A stretch of 64,000 bases of DNA from Bacillales bacterium UBA6877 (GCA_002451465.1 DKCJ01000024.1:29578-93577), one strand, 5' to 3'. Positions 18,016 through 31,222 are shown, counted from the first letter of the stretch. Made by a program: numbers and translations. Notes: a model not told the origin generated them from the sequence alone.

Positions 18016-19209
18016 CTATTTAAGAATTTCAGTAACTGTACCAGCACCAACTGTTCTACCACCTTCACGGATTGAGAATTTGGTACCTTTTTCAATTGCT
18101 ACTGGGTGAATTAACTCAACTTGGAAGTTGACGTTTTCACCTGGCATAACCATCTTTACATCTGGTGGTAAAGTAATTGTGCCAGTAATATCAGTAGTAT
18201 GGAAATAGAATTGTGGTCTATAGTTACTTAAGAAAGCAGTATGTCTTCCACCTTCTTCTTTCTTTAAGACGTAGACTTGGCAAGTAAATTTGCTATGTGG
18301 AGTAATACTTCCTGGTTTAGCAAGAACTTGTCCTCTTTCGACTTGTGATCTATCAACACCTCTTAATAAAGCACCAATATTATCACCAGCTTCAGCGAAA
18401 TCAAGAGTCTTACGGAACATTTCAAGAGAAGTAACGACAGTCTTGATGGTTGGTCTAATACCGACGATTTCACATTCATCGTTTGGTTTTAAAATACCTC
18501 TTTCAACACGGCCAGTAACAACTGTTCCACGACCAGTAATAGTTTCAACGTCTTCGATTGGCATTAAGAATGGTTTATCGTTATCACGGACTGGATCTGG
18601 TACATAAGTATCGATTGCATCCATTAATTCCATAACACTCTTTTCGTATTTTGGATCGCCTTGTAAAGCTTTAAGAGCACTACCTCTAATAATTGGAGTA
18701 GTATCTCCTGGATAACCATATTTATTTAATAAGTCTCTGACATCCATTTCGACTAAGTCGATTAATTCTGGATCATCAACCATATCGCATTTATTTAAAT
18801 AAACAACGATATATGGAACACCGACTTGTTTAGCAAGTAAGATGTGTTCACGAGTTTGAGGCATAACACCATCAGTAGCAGCAACAACTAAGATTGCAGC
18901 ATCCATTTGAGCTGCACCAGTAATCATGTTCTTGACATAGTCAGCGTGCCCTGGGCAATCAACGTGTGCATAGTGTCTTTTTTTAGTACTGTATTCAATG
19001 TGAGCAGTATTAATTGTAATACCTCTAGCTTTTTCTTCTGGAGCGGCATCGATTTGATCGTAGTTTTTAACTTCATCACCACCGATTAAGCCTTCCTTTT
19101 GTAAAACGTGAGTAATAGCAGCAGTAAGGGTTGTTTTACCATGGTCAACGTGGCCAATAGTACCAATATTCATATGGACCTTACTTCTATCAAATTTTTG
19201 TTTTGCCAT
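18016..19209 (-). CDS. tuf: Elongation factor Tu
   Basis: Full-length EF-Tu ([21 protein letters not shown]). Confidence 0.98.
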   Translation of the reverse strand: MAKQKFDRSKVHMNIGTIGHVDHGKTTLTAAITHVLQKEGLIGGDEVKNYDQIDAAPEEKARGITINTAHIEYSTKKRHYAHVDCPGHADYVKNMITGAAQMDAAILVVAATDGVMPQTREHILLAKQVGVPYIVVYLNKCDMVDDPELIDLVEMDVRDLLNKYGYPGDTTPIIRGSALKALQGDPKYEKSVMELMDAIDTYVPDPVRDNDKPFLMPIEDVETITGRGTVVTGRVERGILKPNDECEIVGIRPTIKTVVTSLEMFRKTLDFAEAGDNIGALLRGVDRSQVERGQVLAKPGSITPHSKFTCQVYVLKKEEGGRHTAFLSNYRPQFYFHTTDITGTITLPPDVKMVMPGENVNFQVELIHPVAIEKGTKFSIREGGRTVGAGTVTEILK

Positions 19210-19331
19210 ATAATTTTTTTCTCCTTTTTATATGCATTAAGCATGTAATTATTTTATATTAATTTATATTGCTATTCAATAATCTTTTATCAAGAATAAG
19301 ATAACAATATAATTTAATTTATAAACTTAAA

Positions 19332-21416
19332 TTAAGCCTTGATTCCATTCTTTTTAACAATTTCATCTTGAATAAACTTTGGAGTTTCTCCAAATTTTTC
19401 AAATTCCATTGTGAATGATCCACGACCTTGAGTGAAACTACGTAAGCTTGTAACATAACCAAACATTTCTGAAAGTGGTACTTCAGCTTCAACAATCTTA
19501 GCATTTCCACGTTGTGATTCACCAGTCATATTACCTCTTCTACGAGAAATATCACCGATAACATCGCCATAATATTGTTCTGGAACTGTAACTTCAACCT
19601 TCATAATAGGTTCAAGAAGTACAGGATCACATTTAACTGCGGCTTGTTTAAGGGCTAAAGAAGCAGCAATCTTATAAGCAGCTTCACTACTATCAACATC
19701 GTGATAACTACCATCAAATAATGTAGCTTTAACATCAATTACTGGATAACCAGCAATTAAGCCTCTAGTCATAGCATCAACAAGACCATCTTGGGTTGGT
19801 TTAATATATTCTTTTGGAACACTACCACCAACGATTCCATTAACGAATTCAAATCCTTTGCCTTCATTTGGTTCAAATCTAATCCAAACGTGACCATATT
19901 GTCCACGACCACCAGATTGTTTAATATATTTACCTTCACAATCAGCAGCTCTACGGATAGTTTCACGATAACCGACTTGAGGTTTACCAACATCAACTTG
20001 AACATTGAATTCTCTTCTTAAACGGTCAACGATAATATCAAGATGTAATTCACCAACACCAGCAATAATGGTTTGACCACTATCAGGATCGGTATGAACT
20101 TTGAAAGTTGGGTCTTCTTCAGCAAGCTTCATTAAAGCAATACCCATCTTTTCTTGATCGGCTTTAGTCTTTGGTTCAATAGCTTCTTCAATAACAGGTT
20201 CTGGGAATTCCATCTTTTCAAGAGTAACATCAATTGATGTATCGCAAAGAGTTTCACCAGTAGTAGTATTTTTTAAACCAATGACAGCACCAATATCTCC
20301 TGCATGTAATTCATCAACTTCTTGACGATGATTTGCATGCATTAAAACTAAACGAGCAATACGTTCATTTTGACCTTTGTTGCTATTATAAACATAGCTT
20401 CCACTCTTTAATACACCAGAATAGATTCTAACATAAGCAAGTCTACCAACAAATGGATCGGTAGCAATCTTGAATGCTAAAGCAACAAGAGGTTGATTAT
20501 CATCTGGAATACAAGTATATTCTTTACCTGTTTTTTCGTCTGTTCCTTTAGCAGGAGCGATTTCAAGTGGTGATGGTAAATAATCAACAACACCATCAAG
20601 TAATTTTTGAATACCTTTATTTTTATATGCACTACCACAGAAAACAGGATAGAACTTTTCAGCTAAAACAGCTTTTTTAATAACAGCTTTAATTTCTTCG
20701 ACGGATGGTTCTTTTCCTTCAAGAACTTCTTCCATTAAATTATCATCAAAACCAGCTAAATCTTCGAGTAATTCTTCTCTTAAAGCCTTACATTTTTCAA
20801 CATATTCTTCTGGAATTGGAACAAGTTTTGGATCTTCATGTTCAGCACAACCTGTATAATCCCAAGCTTCCATTTTAACAAGATCAATAACACCACGAAG
20901 GGTATCACTAATACCAATTGGATATTGAACAGCTTTTGCATTTGCGCCTAATTTTTCTTTTAAAGAAGCGACACACATATCAAAATCTGCACCAATAGCA
21001 TCGAGTTTATTAACGAAAACAATTCTTGGGACACCATATTTACTACCTTGTCTCCAAACTGTTTCGGTTTGTGGTTCAACACCGTTTTTACCATCAAGAA
21101 CAGTAATAGCACCATCAAGAACTCTTAAAGATCTTTCAACTTCAACTGTAAAATCGACGTGCCCTGGAGTATCGATAATATTAATACGATTACCTTTCCA
21201 AAAACAAGTTGTTGCAGCACTAGTAATTGTAATACCTCTTTCTTGTTCTTGAACCATGAAGTCCATTGTAGCAGCGCCATCGTGAACTTCGCCAATTTTG
21301 TGAATTTTACCTGTGAAATAAAGAATTCTTTCAGTGGTTGTTGTCTTACCAGCATCAATGTGGGCCATGATACCGATATTACGAGTATGCTTTAAATCAA
21401 ATTCTCTTCCGGCCAT
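19332..21416 (-). CDS. fusA: Elongation factor G
   Basis: Full-length EF-G ([21 protein letters not shown]). Confidence 0.98.
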   Translation of the reverse strand: MAGREFDLKHTRNIGIMAHIDAGKTTTTERILYFTGKIHKIGEVHDGAATMDFMVQEQERGITITSAATTCFWKGNRINIIDTPGHVDFTVEVERSLRVLDGAITVLDGKNGVEPQTETVWRQGSKYGVPRIVFVNKLDAIGADFDMCVASLKEKLGANAKAVQYPIGISDTLRGVIDLVKMEAWDYTGCAEHEDPKLVPIPEEYVEKCKALREELLEDLAGFDDNLMEEVLEGKEPSVEEIKAVIKKAVLAEKFYPVFCGSAYKNKGIQKLLDGVVDYLPSPLEIAPAKGTDEKTGKEYTCIPDDNQPLVALAFKIATDPFVGRLAYVRIYSGVLKSGSYVYNSNKGQNERIARLVLMHANHRQEVDELHAGDIGAVIGLKNTTTGETLCDTSIDVTLEKMEFPEPVIEEAIEPKTKADQEKMGIALMKLAEEDPTFKVHTDPDSGQTIIAGVGELHLDIIVDRLRREFNVQVDVGKPQVGYRETIRRAADCEGKYIKQSGGRGQYGHVWIRFEPNEGKGFEFVNGIVGGSVPKEYIKPTQDGLVDAMTRGLIAGYPVIDVKATLFDGSYHDVDSSEAAYKIAASLALKQAAVKCDPVLLEPIMKVEVTVPEQYYGDVIGDISRRRGNMTGESQRGNAKIVEAEVPLSEMFGYVTSLRSFTQGRGSFTMEFEKFGETPKFIQDEIVKKNGIKA

Positions 21417-21431
21417 ACTTTATTCTCCCAA

Positions 21432-21902
21432 TTACCACTTATAATGTGCATAAGCTTTATTAGCTTCTGCCATTCTAATGGTATCATCCTTCTTCTTAAC
21501 ACTAGCGCCAGTTTTATTAGCGGCATCAATAATTTCATTAGCTAACTTTTCTTTCATGGATTTTTCTTTTCTTAATCTTGAATAATTAACTAACCATCTT
21601 AAACCTAAAGTAACTTGACGTTCTTTTGAAACTTCAGTTGGAACTTGATAGTTTGCAGCGCCAATACGTTTAGCTTTTAATTCAACTTCTGGCATGATGT
21701 TATTAATTGCAGTAGCAAAAACATCATATGCAGGTTTTTTGGTTTTTTCTTCTATAAGGTTAAAAGCACCATATAAAATTTCTTCAGCAGTTCCTTTTTT
21801 ACCATCAACCATAATTTTATTAATTAATCTAGTGACTAATTTTGAATTATAAATTGGATCTGGTAAAACATCACGTTTACTTACACTACCTTTTCTTGGC
21901 AT
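21432..21902 (-). CDS. rpsG: 30S ribosomal protein S7
   Basis: 156 aa, MPRKG...AHYKW, typical S7. Confidence 0.97.
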   Translation of the reverse strand: MPRKGSVSKRDVLPDPIYNSKLVTRLINKIMVDGKKGTAEEILYGAFNLIEEKTKKPAYDVFATAINNIMPEVELKAKRIGAANYQVPTEVSKERQVTLGLRWLVNYSRLRKEKSMKEKLANEIIDAANKTGASVKKKDDTIRMAEANKAYAHYKW

Positions 21903-21905
21903 AAA

Positions 21906-22325
21906 CTAGTTCTCCTTCTTTGGTTTTTTAGTACCATATAAAGAACGACCTTGTCTACGAGCTTCAATACCTGCGCAATCAAGACATCCTCTAATAATGT
22001 GGTAACGAACACCTGGTAAATCCTTAACTCTGCCACCACGAATCATGACAGTACTGTGTTCTTGTAAATTGTGTCCTTCACCACCAATATAAGCGGTGAC
22101 TTCATAACCATTACTTAACTTAACACGAGCATATTTACGTAAAGCTGAGTTTGGTTTCTTAGGGGTCATTGTACCGACACGAGTACAAACACCTCTCTTT
22201 TGAGCACTATTTTGATTTGTTTCACGTTTTTGAAGTGAATTGAATCTTTTTAAAAGTGCTGGTGCCTTAGATTTAAAGACAGGACTTTTTCTGCCTTCTC
22301 TAACTAATTGATTAATAGTTGGCAT
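21906..22325 (-). CDS. rpsL: 30S ribosomal protein S12
   Basis: MPTINQLVR...[10 protein letters not shown]..., typical S12. Confidence 0.97.
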   Translation of the reverse strand: MPTINQLVREGRKSPVFKSKAPALLKRFNSLQKRETNQNSAQKRGVCTRVGTMTPKKPNSALRKYARVKLSNGYEVTAYIGGEGHNLQEHSTVMIRGGRVKDLPGVRYHIIRGCLDCAGIEARRQGRSLYGTKKPKKEN

Positions 22326-22414
22326 TACTTTTCTCCTTTTTCTAATTTAATACACACAATTCCCGGTGTATCTACATGAACGATTAAAAAATTGCTTTTT
22401 CAATCAGCCTTAAT

Positions 22415-22444
22415 ATCATACAAAAATTCATATGATTAAGTCAA
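22415..22444 (-). promoter_or_regulatory. Promoter of the rpsL-rpsG-fusA-tuf (str) operon
   Basis: Minus strand reads TTGACT (22439-22444), an 18-nt spacer ending in TG, then TATGAT (22415-22420). A second TTGACA lies 24 nt further upstream. Confidence 0.5.
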
Positions 22445-22504
22445 CAAAAATTTATATTTTTATGTCAACAATATCAGGTGAACCATAATTAAACAAAATC
22501 ATAA

Positions 22505-22528
22505 TAAAAACCTAGGCTTTTGCCTAGG
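22505..22528 (-). terminator. Terminator after rpoC
   Basis: CCTAGGC-AAAA-GCCTAGG followed by TTTTT on the minus strand. Confidence 0.65.
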
Positions 22529-22535
22529 TTTTAAT

Positions 22536-25500
22536 TTATTTTGCACTGTTTTGATATTCAGGAGTTTCTTCAGTCATTAAACTTTCTTCATCACGATATT
22601 GAGCATTATCATCATCTAATGAGTGTTCACTATCATGAATTCCAATATATTGTTTTTTGACTTCTTTCATAGTATCTAAAACATCAAACTTAGATAATAT
22701 AGCTCTTTCTTCAGCTTCACTCTTTAAGCCATTACCAGCTGGAATAAGTTTACCAGTGATAACATTTTCCTTAAGACCATGTAGAGGATCGGTTTTACCC
22801 TTAATTGCAGCATCTGTAAGAACACGAGTTGTTTCTTGGAATGAAGCAGCACTTAAGAAGCTATCAGTTTCAAGAGCAGCTTTTGTAATACCTAAGATAA
22901 GTGGTTGAGCAACTGCTGGACGTTTTCCTTCTAATAAGACGCTTTCATTTGCTTCATTGAAAGCAGTGATAGAAACACGAGTTCCAGTAATCAAATTGGT
23001 ATCACCTTTATCAATAACGAGAAGTTTACGTAACATTTGTCTAACAATAACTTCAATGTGCTTATCGGAAATTCCAATACCTTGGCTACGATAAACTTTT
23101 TGAACTTCTTTAATAATATATTGTTGAACGTGTGAAACATCACTAACTTCAAGTAAGTTATTAGGTTTAATAGCACCTTCAGTTAACATGTCACCATTCA
23201 TGACATGATCGCCTTTTTTGACTCTTAAACGAGCACCAAATCGGGTTTCATAATCTTTTTCTTCTAAATCATTTTGAATGGTAATCTTATAGATACCATT
23301 AGATTCGGTAATATCTTTAACAACACCAGAAATTTCAGAGATTGTAGCTTCACCTTTAGGTGTACGAGCTTCGAAAAGTTCTTGAACACGTGGAAGACCT
23401 TGAGTAATATCGCCACCAGCAACACCACCAGAGTGGAATGTACGCATGGTTAATTGAGTACCAGGTTCACCAATTGATTGAGCAGCCATAATACCAACTG
23501 CTTGACCAACTTCAACAACTTTACCAGTTGCAAGGTTACGACCATAACAATGTACACAAACACCATCTTTAGTTTGACAACCAAATAAAGATCTAATCTC
23601 AACTTCTTTAATACCAGCATCAACAATCTTTTTAGCTAAGATTTCATCAATCATGGTATTTCCTTGAACGATAACTTCACCAGTTTTTGGATCTATAACA
23701 TCATGACATGCAAATCTACCAACTAATCTATCATAGAGAGAAACAATTAAGCTATTTTGAGTTGTATCATAAATATCTTTAACAATTGTTCCATGATCTG
23801 TATGACAATCTTCTTCTCTAATAATAACGTCTTGAGAGACATCTACTAAACGACGAGTTAAATAACCTGAGTCAGCTGTTTTTAAAGCAGTATCAGCACC
23901 ACCTTTACGAGCACCATGGGTACCAGTAAAGAATTCAGCAACGTTAAGACCTTCACGGAAACAAGATTTAACAGGAATTTCAATAGTTTCACCAGATGTA
24001 GAACCCATAAGTCCACGCATACCCATTAATTGAGTGAAGTTAGATTTACTACCACGAGCACCACTATCACTCATAATAAAGAGTGGATTATGTTTATCTT
24101 TATTTAAAGTTTCTGCAACTTGATCAGCAATCTTATTTGTACATTTTGTCCAAATATTAACAACTTGATTATGTCTTTCTTTATCAGTTAAATAACCTTT
24201 ACGATATAAGTTTTCAACAACATCTACTTCTTTATCAGATTCATTAACGATTTCTTTTTTACCACCGAGAACATTAATATCACTAATTGCAATAGTTAAT
24301 CCGCTAACAGTAGAAAATCTGAAACCATTATCCTTTAATTTATCAAGAATAGCACTTGTTTTTTGAGTTCCATATCTATGGAATACTTCATCAATAATGT
24401 TAGTAATATCCTTTTTCTTTGTTGGTTGATTTAATGGTAAGTTTTTAATATATGTTTCAATATCAGTACCTTTTTTAACAAAGAATCTTGTTTGATCACT
24501 CTTTAAATTTTCAACACCAGTAGTGTTTAAATATGGGAAATCAGCTGGGAAAATTAAGTTAAAAATAATCTTACCAACAGTTGTAATTAAATATCCATCT
24601 AACATTTCTTTAGTAAAGCCGGTCTTTTTAACTTCTTTACCAGGAATTGCAATACGAGTATGTAAGTGAATCTTCTTTAAATCATAACATTTATAAACTT
24701 CGTTAATATCTTTAAAGACTTTACCTTCCATTTTACTATAAGCAACATACTTATCAGCCATTTCATCATCGCCTAAATCACGATATTTCTTAGCTTCATT
24801 TAAGAAATCTTTAGCGGCTTCTTCAATAGTTAAATAATAGTTACCGATAAGAATATCTTGAGATGGAGTAACAATTGGTTTTCCATCTTTTGGTGCAAGA
24901 ATGTTATTACTTGCAAGCATAAGGTGTAAAGCTTCTTCTTGAGCAGCTTTAGAAATTGGAAGGTGAACAGCCATTTGGTCACCATCAAAGTCTGCGTTAA
25001 ATCCAGTACAAACAAGAGGGTGTAAACGAATTGCTCTTCCATCAACTAATATTGGTTGGAAAGCTTGAATACCTAATCTATGAAGGGTAGGAGCACGGTT
25101 AAGTAATACTGGGTGTTGTGAAATAATTTTTTCAACAACATCATAAACATCTTCATCTTTAGCATCAATTTTCTTATCAGCTTGACGATGTAATGTGCAT
25201 TTTCCTTCTTTAATTAAAATCGCAGCAATAAATGGTCTAAGTAAATTAATTGCCATTTCACGTGGAAGACCGCATTGATACATTTTTAAACTTGGACCAA
25301 TAGCAATAACACTACGACCACTATAATCAACACGTTTTCCAAGTAAATTTTGTCTAAATCTACCTTGTTTTCCTTTTAAGCTTCCACTTAAAGATTTTAA
25401 TGGTCTACCTGATGAATTAGTGACAGGTTTTCCAGTTCTACGACCATTATCAATTAAAGCATCGACAGCTTCTTGAACCATACGTTTTTCGTTCATCAAA

Positions 25501-26483
25501 ATAACATATGGAGCATTAAGTTCAATAAGTTTCTTTAAACGGTTATTACGGGAAATAAGACGTCTATATAATTCATTTAAATCACTTGCGGCAAATCTAC
25601 CACCATCAAGTTGTAACATAGGTCTTAAATCTGGTGGAATGACTGGAAGAGCATCTAAAATCATCCATTCAGGCTTATTTTTAGATTTAATAAATGCATC
25701 TAATACTTCAAGACGTTTAGTTAATTTAGTGAGTTTTTGGCCTTTAGCGCCTTTAATATCACCACTAACTTTATCAAATTCAGCTTGAAGATCAACTTCT
25801 TGAAGTAATTTTTTAATAGCTTCCGCACCTTCTCCAAATGTTGCACCAGTTTGTTGTTCAATAAAATCTGCACAACCAAAGAAATCAAATGGTTCCATAA
25901 GATTTTCAAGGTGAGCAAGAAGATTATTTGCAGTTGCATATTCTGGAGATTCTTTTTTGCCTTCGCTTTCTAATTTTTCTTGAATTTCTTTAATACAGGC
26001 AATAAAAGCACTACGTCCTTCTTGGTCATCTAAATATTGTTTATAAAACAAGCTTTTAGATGTGCCTGGATTCATACAAACGTGGGCAGTAAAATAAACA
26101 ATTTCTTCAAGTTGTTTTGGTGGAATATCTAAAACGAGTCCCATTCTTGAAGGAATACCCTTTAAATACCAAATATGTGAACATGGGGTTGCAAGTTCAA
26201 TATGACCCATACGTTCTCTACGTACTTCTTTTGAAATAACTTCAACGCCACATTTTTCACAAACAACACCAGCATATCTTATTTTCTTATATTTTCCACA
26301 ATGACATTCATAATCTTTAGAAGGACCAAAAATTCTTTCGCAAAATAAACCATCCATTTCAGGTTTTTGAGAACGATAGTTTATTGTTTCTGGTTTTTTA
26401 ACTTCACCATGACTCCATTCACGGATTTTTTCAGGGGAAGCAAGTCCGACTTTTATACTAGCTAAATTATTTACATCAAACAT
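22536..26483 (-). CDS. rpoC: DNA-directed RNA polymerase subunit beta'
   Basis: 1315 aa with the NADFDGD catalytic motif and an N-terminal zinc-binding Cys cluster. Confidence 0.98.
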   Translation of the reverse strand: MFDVNNLASIKVGLASPEKIREWSHGEVKKPETINYRSQKPEMDGLFCERIFGPSKDYECHCGKYKKIRYAGVVCEKCGVEVISKEVRRERMGHIELATPCSHIWYLKGIPSRMGLVLDIPPKQLEEIVYFTAHVCMNPGTSKSLFYKQYLDDQEGRSAFIACIKEIQEKLESEGKKESPEYATANNLLAHLENLMEPFDFFGCADFIEQQTGATFGEGAEAIKKLLQEVDLQAEFDKVSGDIKGAKGQKLTKLTKRLEVLDAFIKSKNKPEWMILDALPVIPPDLRPMLQLDGGRFAASDLNELYRRLISRNNRLKKLIELNAPYVILMNEKRMVQEAVDALIDNGRRTGKPVTNSSGRPLKSLSGSLKGKQGRFRQNLLGKRVDYSGRSVIAIGPSLKMYQCGLPREMAINLLRPFIAAILIKEGKCTLHRQADKKIDAKDEDVYDVVEKIISQHPVLLNRAPTLHRLGIQAFQPILVDGRAIRLHPLVCTGFNADFDGDQMAVHLPISKAAQEEALHLMLASNNILAPKDGKPIVTPSQDILIGNYYLTIEEAAKDFLNEAKKYRDLGDDEMADKYVAYSKMEGKVFKDINEVYKCYDLKKIHLHTRIAIPGKEVKKTGFTKEMLDGYLITTVGKIIFNLIFPADFPYLNTTGVENLKSDQTRFFVKKGTDIETYIKNLPLNQPTKKKDITNIIDEVFHRYGTQKTSAILDKLKDNGFRFSTVSGLTIAISDINVLGGKKEIVNESDKEVDVVENLYRKGYLTDKERHNQVVNIWTKCTNKIADQVAETLNKDKHNPLFIMSDSGARGSKSNFTQLMGMRGLMGSTSGETIEIPVKSCFREGLNVAEFFTGTHGARKGGADTALKTADSGYLTRRLVDVSQDVIIREEDCHTDHGTIVKDIYDTTQNSLIVSLYDRLVGRFACHDVIDPKTGEVIVQGNTMIDEILAKKIVDAGIKEVEIRSLFGCQTKDGVCVHCYGRNLATGKVVEVGQAVGIMAAQSIGEPGTQLTMRTFHSGGVAGGDITQGLPRVQELFEARTPKGEATISEISGVVKDITESNGIYKITIQNDLEEKDYETRFGARLRVKKGDHVMNGDMLTEGAIKPNNLLEVSDVSHVQQYIIKEVQKVYRSQGIGISDKHIEVIVRQMLRKLLVIDKGDTNLITGTRVSITAFNEANESVLLEGKRPAVAQPLILGITKAALETDSFLSAASFQETTRVLTDAAIKGKTDPLHGLKENVITGKLIPAGNGLKSEAEERAILSKFDVLDTMKEVKKQYIGIHDSEHSLDDDNAQYRDEESLMTEETPEYQNSAK

Positions 26484-26495
26484 GACAATTTCCTC

Positions 26496-29400
26496 CTATT
26501 CCATCATCTCTTTGACAACTTCTTCATCACTACTATCGATTTTTTGATCATTAGATTCTTCATCTTCTTCATCTTCATCGGCAGGAGTATTACTTGTTTG
26601 TCCTAAATTACGGATGGAACGTAATGAACGTTGTTCTTCTTTTTGAGATTGTCTTGCTAAAACATCCATATCGATAATCTTGCCTTCTTTATCTCTAAGT
26701 TCAACATTCATTGATAAGCCCATAAGTTCTTTGGTGAAAACTTTGAATGCTTCTGGAATTGATGGTTTTGGTAAAGGTTGACCTTTAATAATTGCTTCAT
26801 AAGTTCTTCTTCTACCAACTCTATCATCTGATTTAATGGTCATCATTTCTTGTAATGTATAAGCAGCACCATAAGCTTCAAGTGCCCAAACTTCCATTTC
26901 ACCAAATCTTTGACCACCATTTTGTGCTTTACCACCTAAAGGTTGTTGAGTAACCATTGCATATGGTCCAGTAGCACGAGCATGTAATTTATCATCAACC
27001 ATGTGAACGAGTTTTATCATGTACATAACACCAACATTAATACGGCTATCAAATCTTTCACCTGTTCTACCATCAATTAAGGTATATTTACCATCTTTTG
27101 GCATCTTAGCGTCATTCATCATTTCGAGAATTTCTTCGTTAGAAATACCATCAAAAACTGGGGTAGCAACTTTTAATCCGCCAAGTTTCTTACAAGCCAT
27201 ACCTAAATGGACTTCAAGAACTTGACCAATATTCATACGTGAAGGAACACCTTGTGGGTTAAGTAAAATGTCAACAGGAGTGCCATCTGGTAAAAATGGC
27301 ATATCACAAGCTGGTAAAATCTTTGAAATAACACCCTTATTACCATGACGACCTGACATCTTATCACCTTCACTGATTTTTCTCTTTTGAACGATATAAA
27401 CTCTAACCTTCATATTAACATCAGGTGGAAGTTCATCGCCAGCTTCACGAGTGAAGATTTTAACATCTAATACAGTACCAGCGCCACCATGTGGAACACG
27501 GAGTGAGGTATCTTTTCCATCTTTTGATTTATCACCAAAAATTGCATCTAATAATTTTTGGTCTGGAGAAGGTTCACTAGCTCCTCTTGGAGTTACTTTA
27601 CCAACAAGAATATCGTTTTCTTTAACATCAGTACCAACTAAAACAATACCTCTTGAATCTAAGTGAGCTCTTGCTTCAATTCCAGTATTTGGAACATCAG
27701 GAGTAATGATTTCTTCACCATTTTTAGTATTACGGCTTTCAACTTCATAAGATTCGATGTGTAAAGTTGTATAAACATCATCTTTTACAAGTCTATCAGA
27801 CATAATAACAGCATCTTCGTAGTTATAACCTTCAAATGTCATAAAGGCAATTGTAACGTTTTGTCCTAAGGCTAAATCGCCGTTTTCCATACTTGGACCA
27901 TCAGCAATGATTTGACCTTTTTTAACTTTATCACCTTTTTTAACAATTGATGTTTGATTAATACATGTACCTTGGTTACTACCTTCAAATTTAGTTAAGG
28001 TATATGTTCTTTCGCCTTCTTTTTCGTGAACTTTAATAGTTTTAGAATCGGTATAAGTAACTGTTCCATCATTAACAGCAATTAAAGCTAATCCGCAATC
28101 ATGAGCAATAGTATGTTCAAGACCTGTTCCAACATAAGGAGCATGTGGTCTTAAAAGTGGTAATGCTTGACGTTGCATGTTAGCACCCATAAGTGCACGA
28201 GTATTATCATCGTTTTCAAGGAATGGAATACAAGCAGCAGCCACAGAAACAATTTGCATTGGCGATTCATCAATATAATCAACATCTTGTCTTTCAGCTA
28301 AAACGTTTTTACCATTGAAACGAGCAACGATTTTATCATTACTAAGTTCATCACCTTGAATATCATCTTTAGTTGCTTGAGCAATAACATGGTTATTTTC
28401 TTCATCAGCTGAAAGATAAACTGTTTCATCTAAAATTTTTCCAGTTTTCTTATCAATTAAACGATAAGGAGTTTTAATAAATCCGTATTTATCAATCTTA
28501 GCATAAGTAGCTAAGTTATTAATTAAACCAATATTTTGACCTTCAGGAGTTTCAATAGGACAAATACGACCATAGTGAGTAAAGTGAACATCACGAACTT
28601 CCATACTTGCTCTATCACGTGTTAAACCACCTGGACCTAAAGCACTAATTCTACGCTTATTAGCAAGTTCAGCAAGAGGGTTAGTTTGATCCATAAATTG
28701 TGATAATTGAGATGATGCAAAGAACTCTCTAATTGCGCTATTAACAGGTCTAACATTAATTAATGATGAAGGTGTCAATTCTTGAATATCAACGGCTGAA
28801 GTTGATAACAATCTCGATTGAACGTTCTTGGTCATTTTTGCTAAACCAGTTCTAAATTGGTTTTGAATAAGTTCACCGACTGAACGAATTCTACGGTTAC
28901 TTAAATGATCAATATCATCAGTATCGCCAAAACCATCCATTAAATTCATAAAATATGAGAAAATAGCAATAAAATCACTAACAGTAACACAATGAAGTGT
29001 TTCATTTAAATTTGTACCAATGATATTTGCAACTTTTTCACGTTTTTCATCAACATAAACTTTAACTATATTAACAAAGCATTTATCTCTTCCTGAACCA
29101 TCAAATTTTGGATTGATTGGGAAGTTAAATGTTGCAGCACCTTTTTCAAAAAATTCTTCATTTTGTAATTCATCAACAATCTCTTTTGTTAATAAGGTAC
29201 CTTTTTTATATTTAAGTTCACCATCAGCATCAAATAAATTTTCAGCTAAAATTCTTCCAGGTAAACGGTTATAAATACCTAATTTTTTAGAATATTTAAA
29301 TCTACCAGCAACTCCTAAATCATAACGAGCTGGATCAAAGAATTTTTGTTGGAAAGAATCGACACCACCTTTTTCGGTATATGGTTCGCCTGGTTTTAAT

Positions 29401-30119
29401 TTAACAAAAATCTCTTTAAGAGCTTCTTTTACATTTTTGGTTTTATCTTTTTCAAATGTACTTCTAAGTGTTTCTCTATCGCCAAAAAGTTCATAAAGTT
29501 TCTTTTCATCATCAAAACCAACTGCTTTTAAAACAACAGTTGCTTCCATTTTTCTTTGACGATCAATTCTTACCCATAAAAAACCTTTAGTATCACTTTC
29601 AAATTGTAACCAAGTTCCACGGGTTGGAATTAAATCTGCACCATAAGTATAATTACCTGATTTTAAATCAACACTTTTGCTTAAATATGCACCAGGGGAA
29701 CGAACAATTTGACTAACAATAACTCTTTCAGCACCATTTACAATAAATGTTCCTGAGTCAGTCATGATAGGAATTTCACCCATAAAAACTTCAGAAGTTT
29801 TAAATTCGTTATTTTGGGTATAATAAAGACCAAGTGTCACTTTAAGTGGAGCACTATATGTTAAATCCCTTCTCTTGCATTCTTCAAACGTATATTTTGG
29901 ATTTTCAAGATGGAATCCTTTATATTCAATTTTAAGTGTGCCATTTGGGTTAGAAATTGGGAATATATCTTTTAATGCTTCATCAATTCCATTACTTAAA
30001 AAACTCTTATAGGATTCGGTTTGAATTTCAACAAGATAAGGTAAAGGTAATTTACCACTAATCTTTGAAAAATTAATACGATCGTTATTAATTTTTGGAT
30101 AATCTTTATAAGATATCAT
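26496..30119 (-). CDS. rpoB: DNA-directed RNA polymerase subunit beta
   Basis: Conserved RpoB throughout. I place the start at the ATG at 30119 (MISYKDY; AAAGGAG 7 nt upstream), not the listed ATG at 30140. The start overlaps the upstream stop as TAATG. Confidence 0.95.
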   Translation of the reverse strand: MISYKDYPKINNDRINFSKISGKLPLPYLVEIQTESYKSFLSNGIDEALKDIFPISNPNGTLKIEYKGFHLENPKYTFEECKRRDLTYSAPLKVTLGLYYTQNNEFKTSEVFMGEIPIMTDSGTFIVNGAERVIVSQIVRSPGAYLSKSVDLKSGNYTYGADLIPTRGTWLQFESDTKGFLWVRIDRQRKMEATVVLKAVGFDDEKKLYELFGDRETLRSTFEKDKTKNVKEALKEIFVKLKPGEPYTEKGGVDSFQQKFFDPARYDLGVAGRFKYSKKLGIYNRLPGRILAENLFDADGELKYKKGTLLTKEIVDELQNEEFFEKGAATFNFPINPKFDGSGRDKCFVNIVKVYVDEKREKVANIIGTNLNETLHCVTVSDFIAIFSYFMNLMDGFGDTDDIDHLSNRRIRSVGELIQNQFRTGLAKMTKNVQSRLLSTSAVDIQELTPSSLINVRPVNSAIREFFASSQLSQFMDQTNPLAELANKRRISALGPGGLTRDRASMEVRDVHFTHYGRICPIETPEGQNIGLINNLATYAKIDKYGFIKTPYRLIDKKTGKILDETVYLSADEENNHVIAQATKDDIQGDELSNDKIVARFNGKNVLAERQDVDYIDESPMQIVSVAAACIPFLENDDNTRALMGANMQRQALPLLRPHAPYVGTGLEHTIAHDCGLALIAVNDGTVTYTDSKTIKVHEKEGERTYTLTKFEGSNQGTCINQTSIVKKGDKVKKGQIIADGPSMENGDLALGQNVTIAFMTFEGYNYEDAVIMSDRLVKDDVYTTLHIESYEVESRNTKNGEEIITPDVPNTGIEARAHLDSRGIVLVGTDVKENDILVGKVTPRGASEPSPDQKLLDAIFGDKSKDGKDTSLRVPHGGAGTVLDVKIFTREAGDELPPDVNMKVRVYIVQKRKISEGDKMSGRHGNKGVISKILPACDMPFLPDGTPVDILLNPQGVPSRMNIGQVLEVHLGMACKKLGGLKVATPVFDGISNEEILEMMNDAKMPKDGKYTLIDGRTGERFDSRINVGVMYMIKLVHMVDDKLHARATGPYAMVTQQPLGGKAQNGGQRFGEMEVWALEAYGAAYTLQEMMTIKSDDRVGRRRTYEAIIKGQPLPKPSIPEAFKVFTKELMGLSMNVELRDKEGKIIDMDVLARQSQKEEQRSLRSIRNLGQTSNTPADEDEEDEESNDQKIDSSDEEVVKEMME

Positions 30120-30733
30120 TATTTTGCTCCTTTTAAACAAATTATTTTTGTCATACGATATATTTGGTAACCACGTTTTCCTTCTAGTAATTCAACTTTT
30201 TCAAACAATGTTTCTAGAAATTTTTTATGAGATTCAGCACCTTTATCTTTACGTATGACGATAATAAATTGACCGTTTTGATTAAGATGTTTATAAACAT
30301 CTTCATAAATTTCAAATAATTTTAATTTTCCAATACGAATTGGAGGATTAAATATAATAAAATCAAAACTTTTTGCTATGTTTTTAAAACCATCTGATAA
30401 AATAACATCCGCTTCTTCATTATTTAACTTTAAATTGTTTCTAGTTAACTCTAAACAAGTAGAATTAACATCACTCATAAATAAATTTATATTTCTAAAG
30501 AAATATTTAAGCGTTATTCCAACTGGTCCATAGCCACAGCCTAAATCTAATAAATCACCTTTTATATCAAGCTTTAAAACTGAACTAATTAAAAGATATG
30601 ATCCTTCATCAATTCTTGTTTTACTAAAAACGCCATTATTACTTACTAGATGAAATTCATGATTATTAACCGAAAAAACTACGTTATAATCACATTTTTT
30701 TAAATGTTCATCGTGTAAAAAATAATGACTCAT
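30119..30733 (-). CDS. Class I SAM-dependent methyltransferase (RsmC/YbxB-like small-domain MTase)
   Basis: SAM-binding motif LLDLGCGYGPVG and catalytic-type FNPPIR. It occupies the same position between rplL and rpoB as B. subtilis ybxB. Confidence 0.8.
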   Translation of the reverse strand: MSHYFLHDEHLKKCDYNVVFSVNNHEFHLVSNNGVFSKTRIDEGSYLLISSVLKLDIKGDLLDLGCGYGPVGITLKYFFRNINLFMSDVNSTCLELTRNNLKLNNEEADVILSDGFKNIAKSFDFIIFNPPIRIGKLKLFEIYEDVYKHLNQNGQFIIVIRKDKGAESHKKFLETLFEKVELLEGKRGYQIYRMTKIICLKGAK

Positions 30734-30754
30734 ATCCCTCCTAATATAATAGGC

Positions 30755-30791
30755 AAAAACCTGCCAATGCCCAAAATTAGGGCAAGGCAGG
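30755..30791 (-). terminator. Terminator/attenuator hairpin after rplL
   Basis: Minus strand reads CCTGCC-TT-GCCC, loop TAATTTT, GGGC-ATT-GGCAGG, then TTTTTG. Confidence 0.55.
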
Positions 30792-30811
30792 CAATATAAA
30801 ATAATCGAAAA

Positions 30812-31186
30812 CTATTTAATTTCGACTTCTGCGCCAGCAGCGACTAAAGCTTTCTTATGTTCTTCAGCTTCAACTGGTGAAATATGTTCTTTAATTGGGC
30901 TTGGAGCTGCATCAACTAATTTCTTTGCATCCATTAAACCTAAGCCAGTAATAGCTTGGACAGCTTTAATAACTGCAACTTTCTTATCTCCAACAGCCTT
31001 TAAGATTAAGCTAACTTCACTTGGACCTTTCTTAGCTTCTTCTTCGGCTGGAGCAGCACCAGCAGCAACAGGAGCAGCAGCGGTAACGCCAAACTCTTCT
31101 TCAATTGCTTTAACTAAATCATTTAATTCGACAACAGTCATTTCTTTAACAGCAGAAATGATTTCTTCTTTTGTTAATTTTGCCAT
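30812..31186 (-). CDS. rplL: 50S ribosomal protein L7/L12
   Basis: 124 aa with an Ala-rich hinge and conserved C-terminal domain. Confidence 0.97.
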   Translation of the reverse strand: MAKLTKEEIISAVKEMTVVELNDLVKAIEEEFGVTAAAPVAAGAAPAEEEAKKGPSEVSLILKAVGDKKVAVIKAVQAITGLGLMDAKKLVDAAPSPIKEHISPVEAEEHKKALVAAGAEVEIK

Positions 31187-31222
31187 TTTTATTTCCTCCG
31201 ATAATATTCTTAATGTAATTAA

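Noticed and set aside
18290-21395. Antisense or out-of-frame ORFs inside tuf and fusA (18290-18607, 18907-19089, 19319-19522, 19769-20005, 19791-20021, 21125-21358, 21159-21395)
   Set aside because: All lie wholly within highly conserved EF-Tu or EF-G coding sequence. They have low-complexity translations and no RBS, so they are shadow ORFs typical of AT-rich DNA.
22657-27666. ORFs overlapping rpoC and rpoB (22657-22908, 22991-23176, 24830-25045, 25721-25939, 27019-27225, 27451-27666)
   Set aside because: They are embedded in RNA polymerase genes in other frames or on the opposite strand. They have no independent signals.
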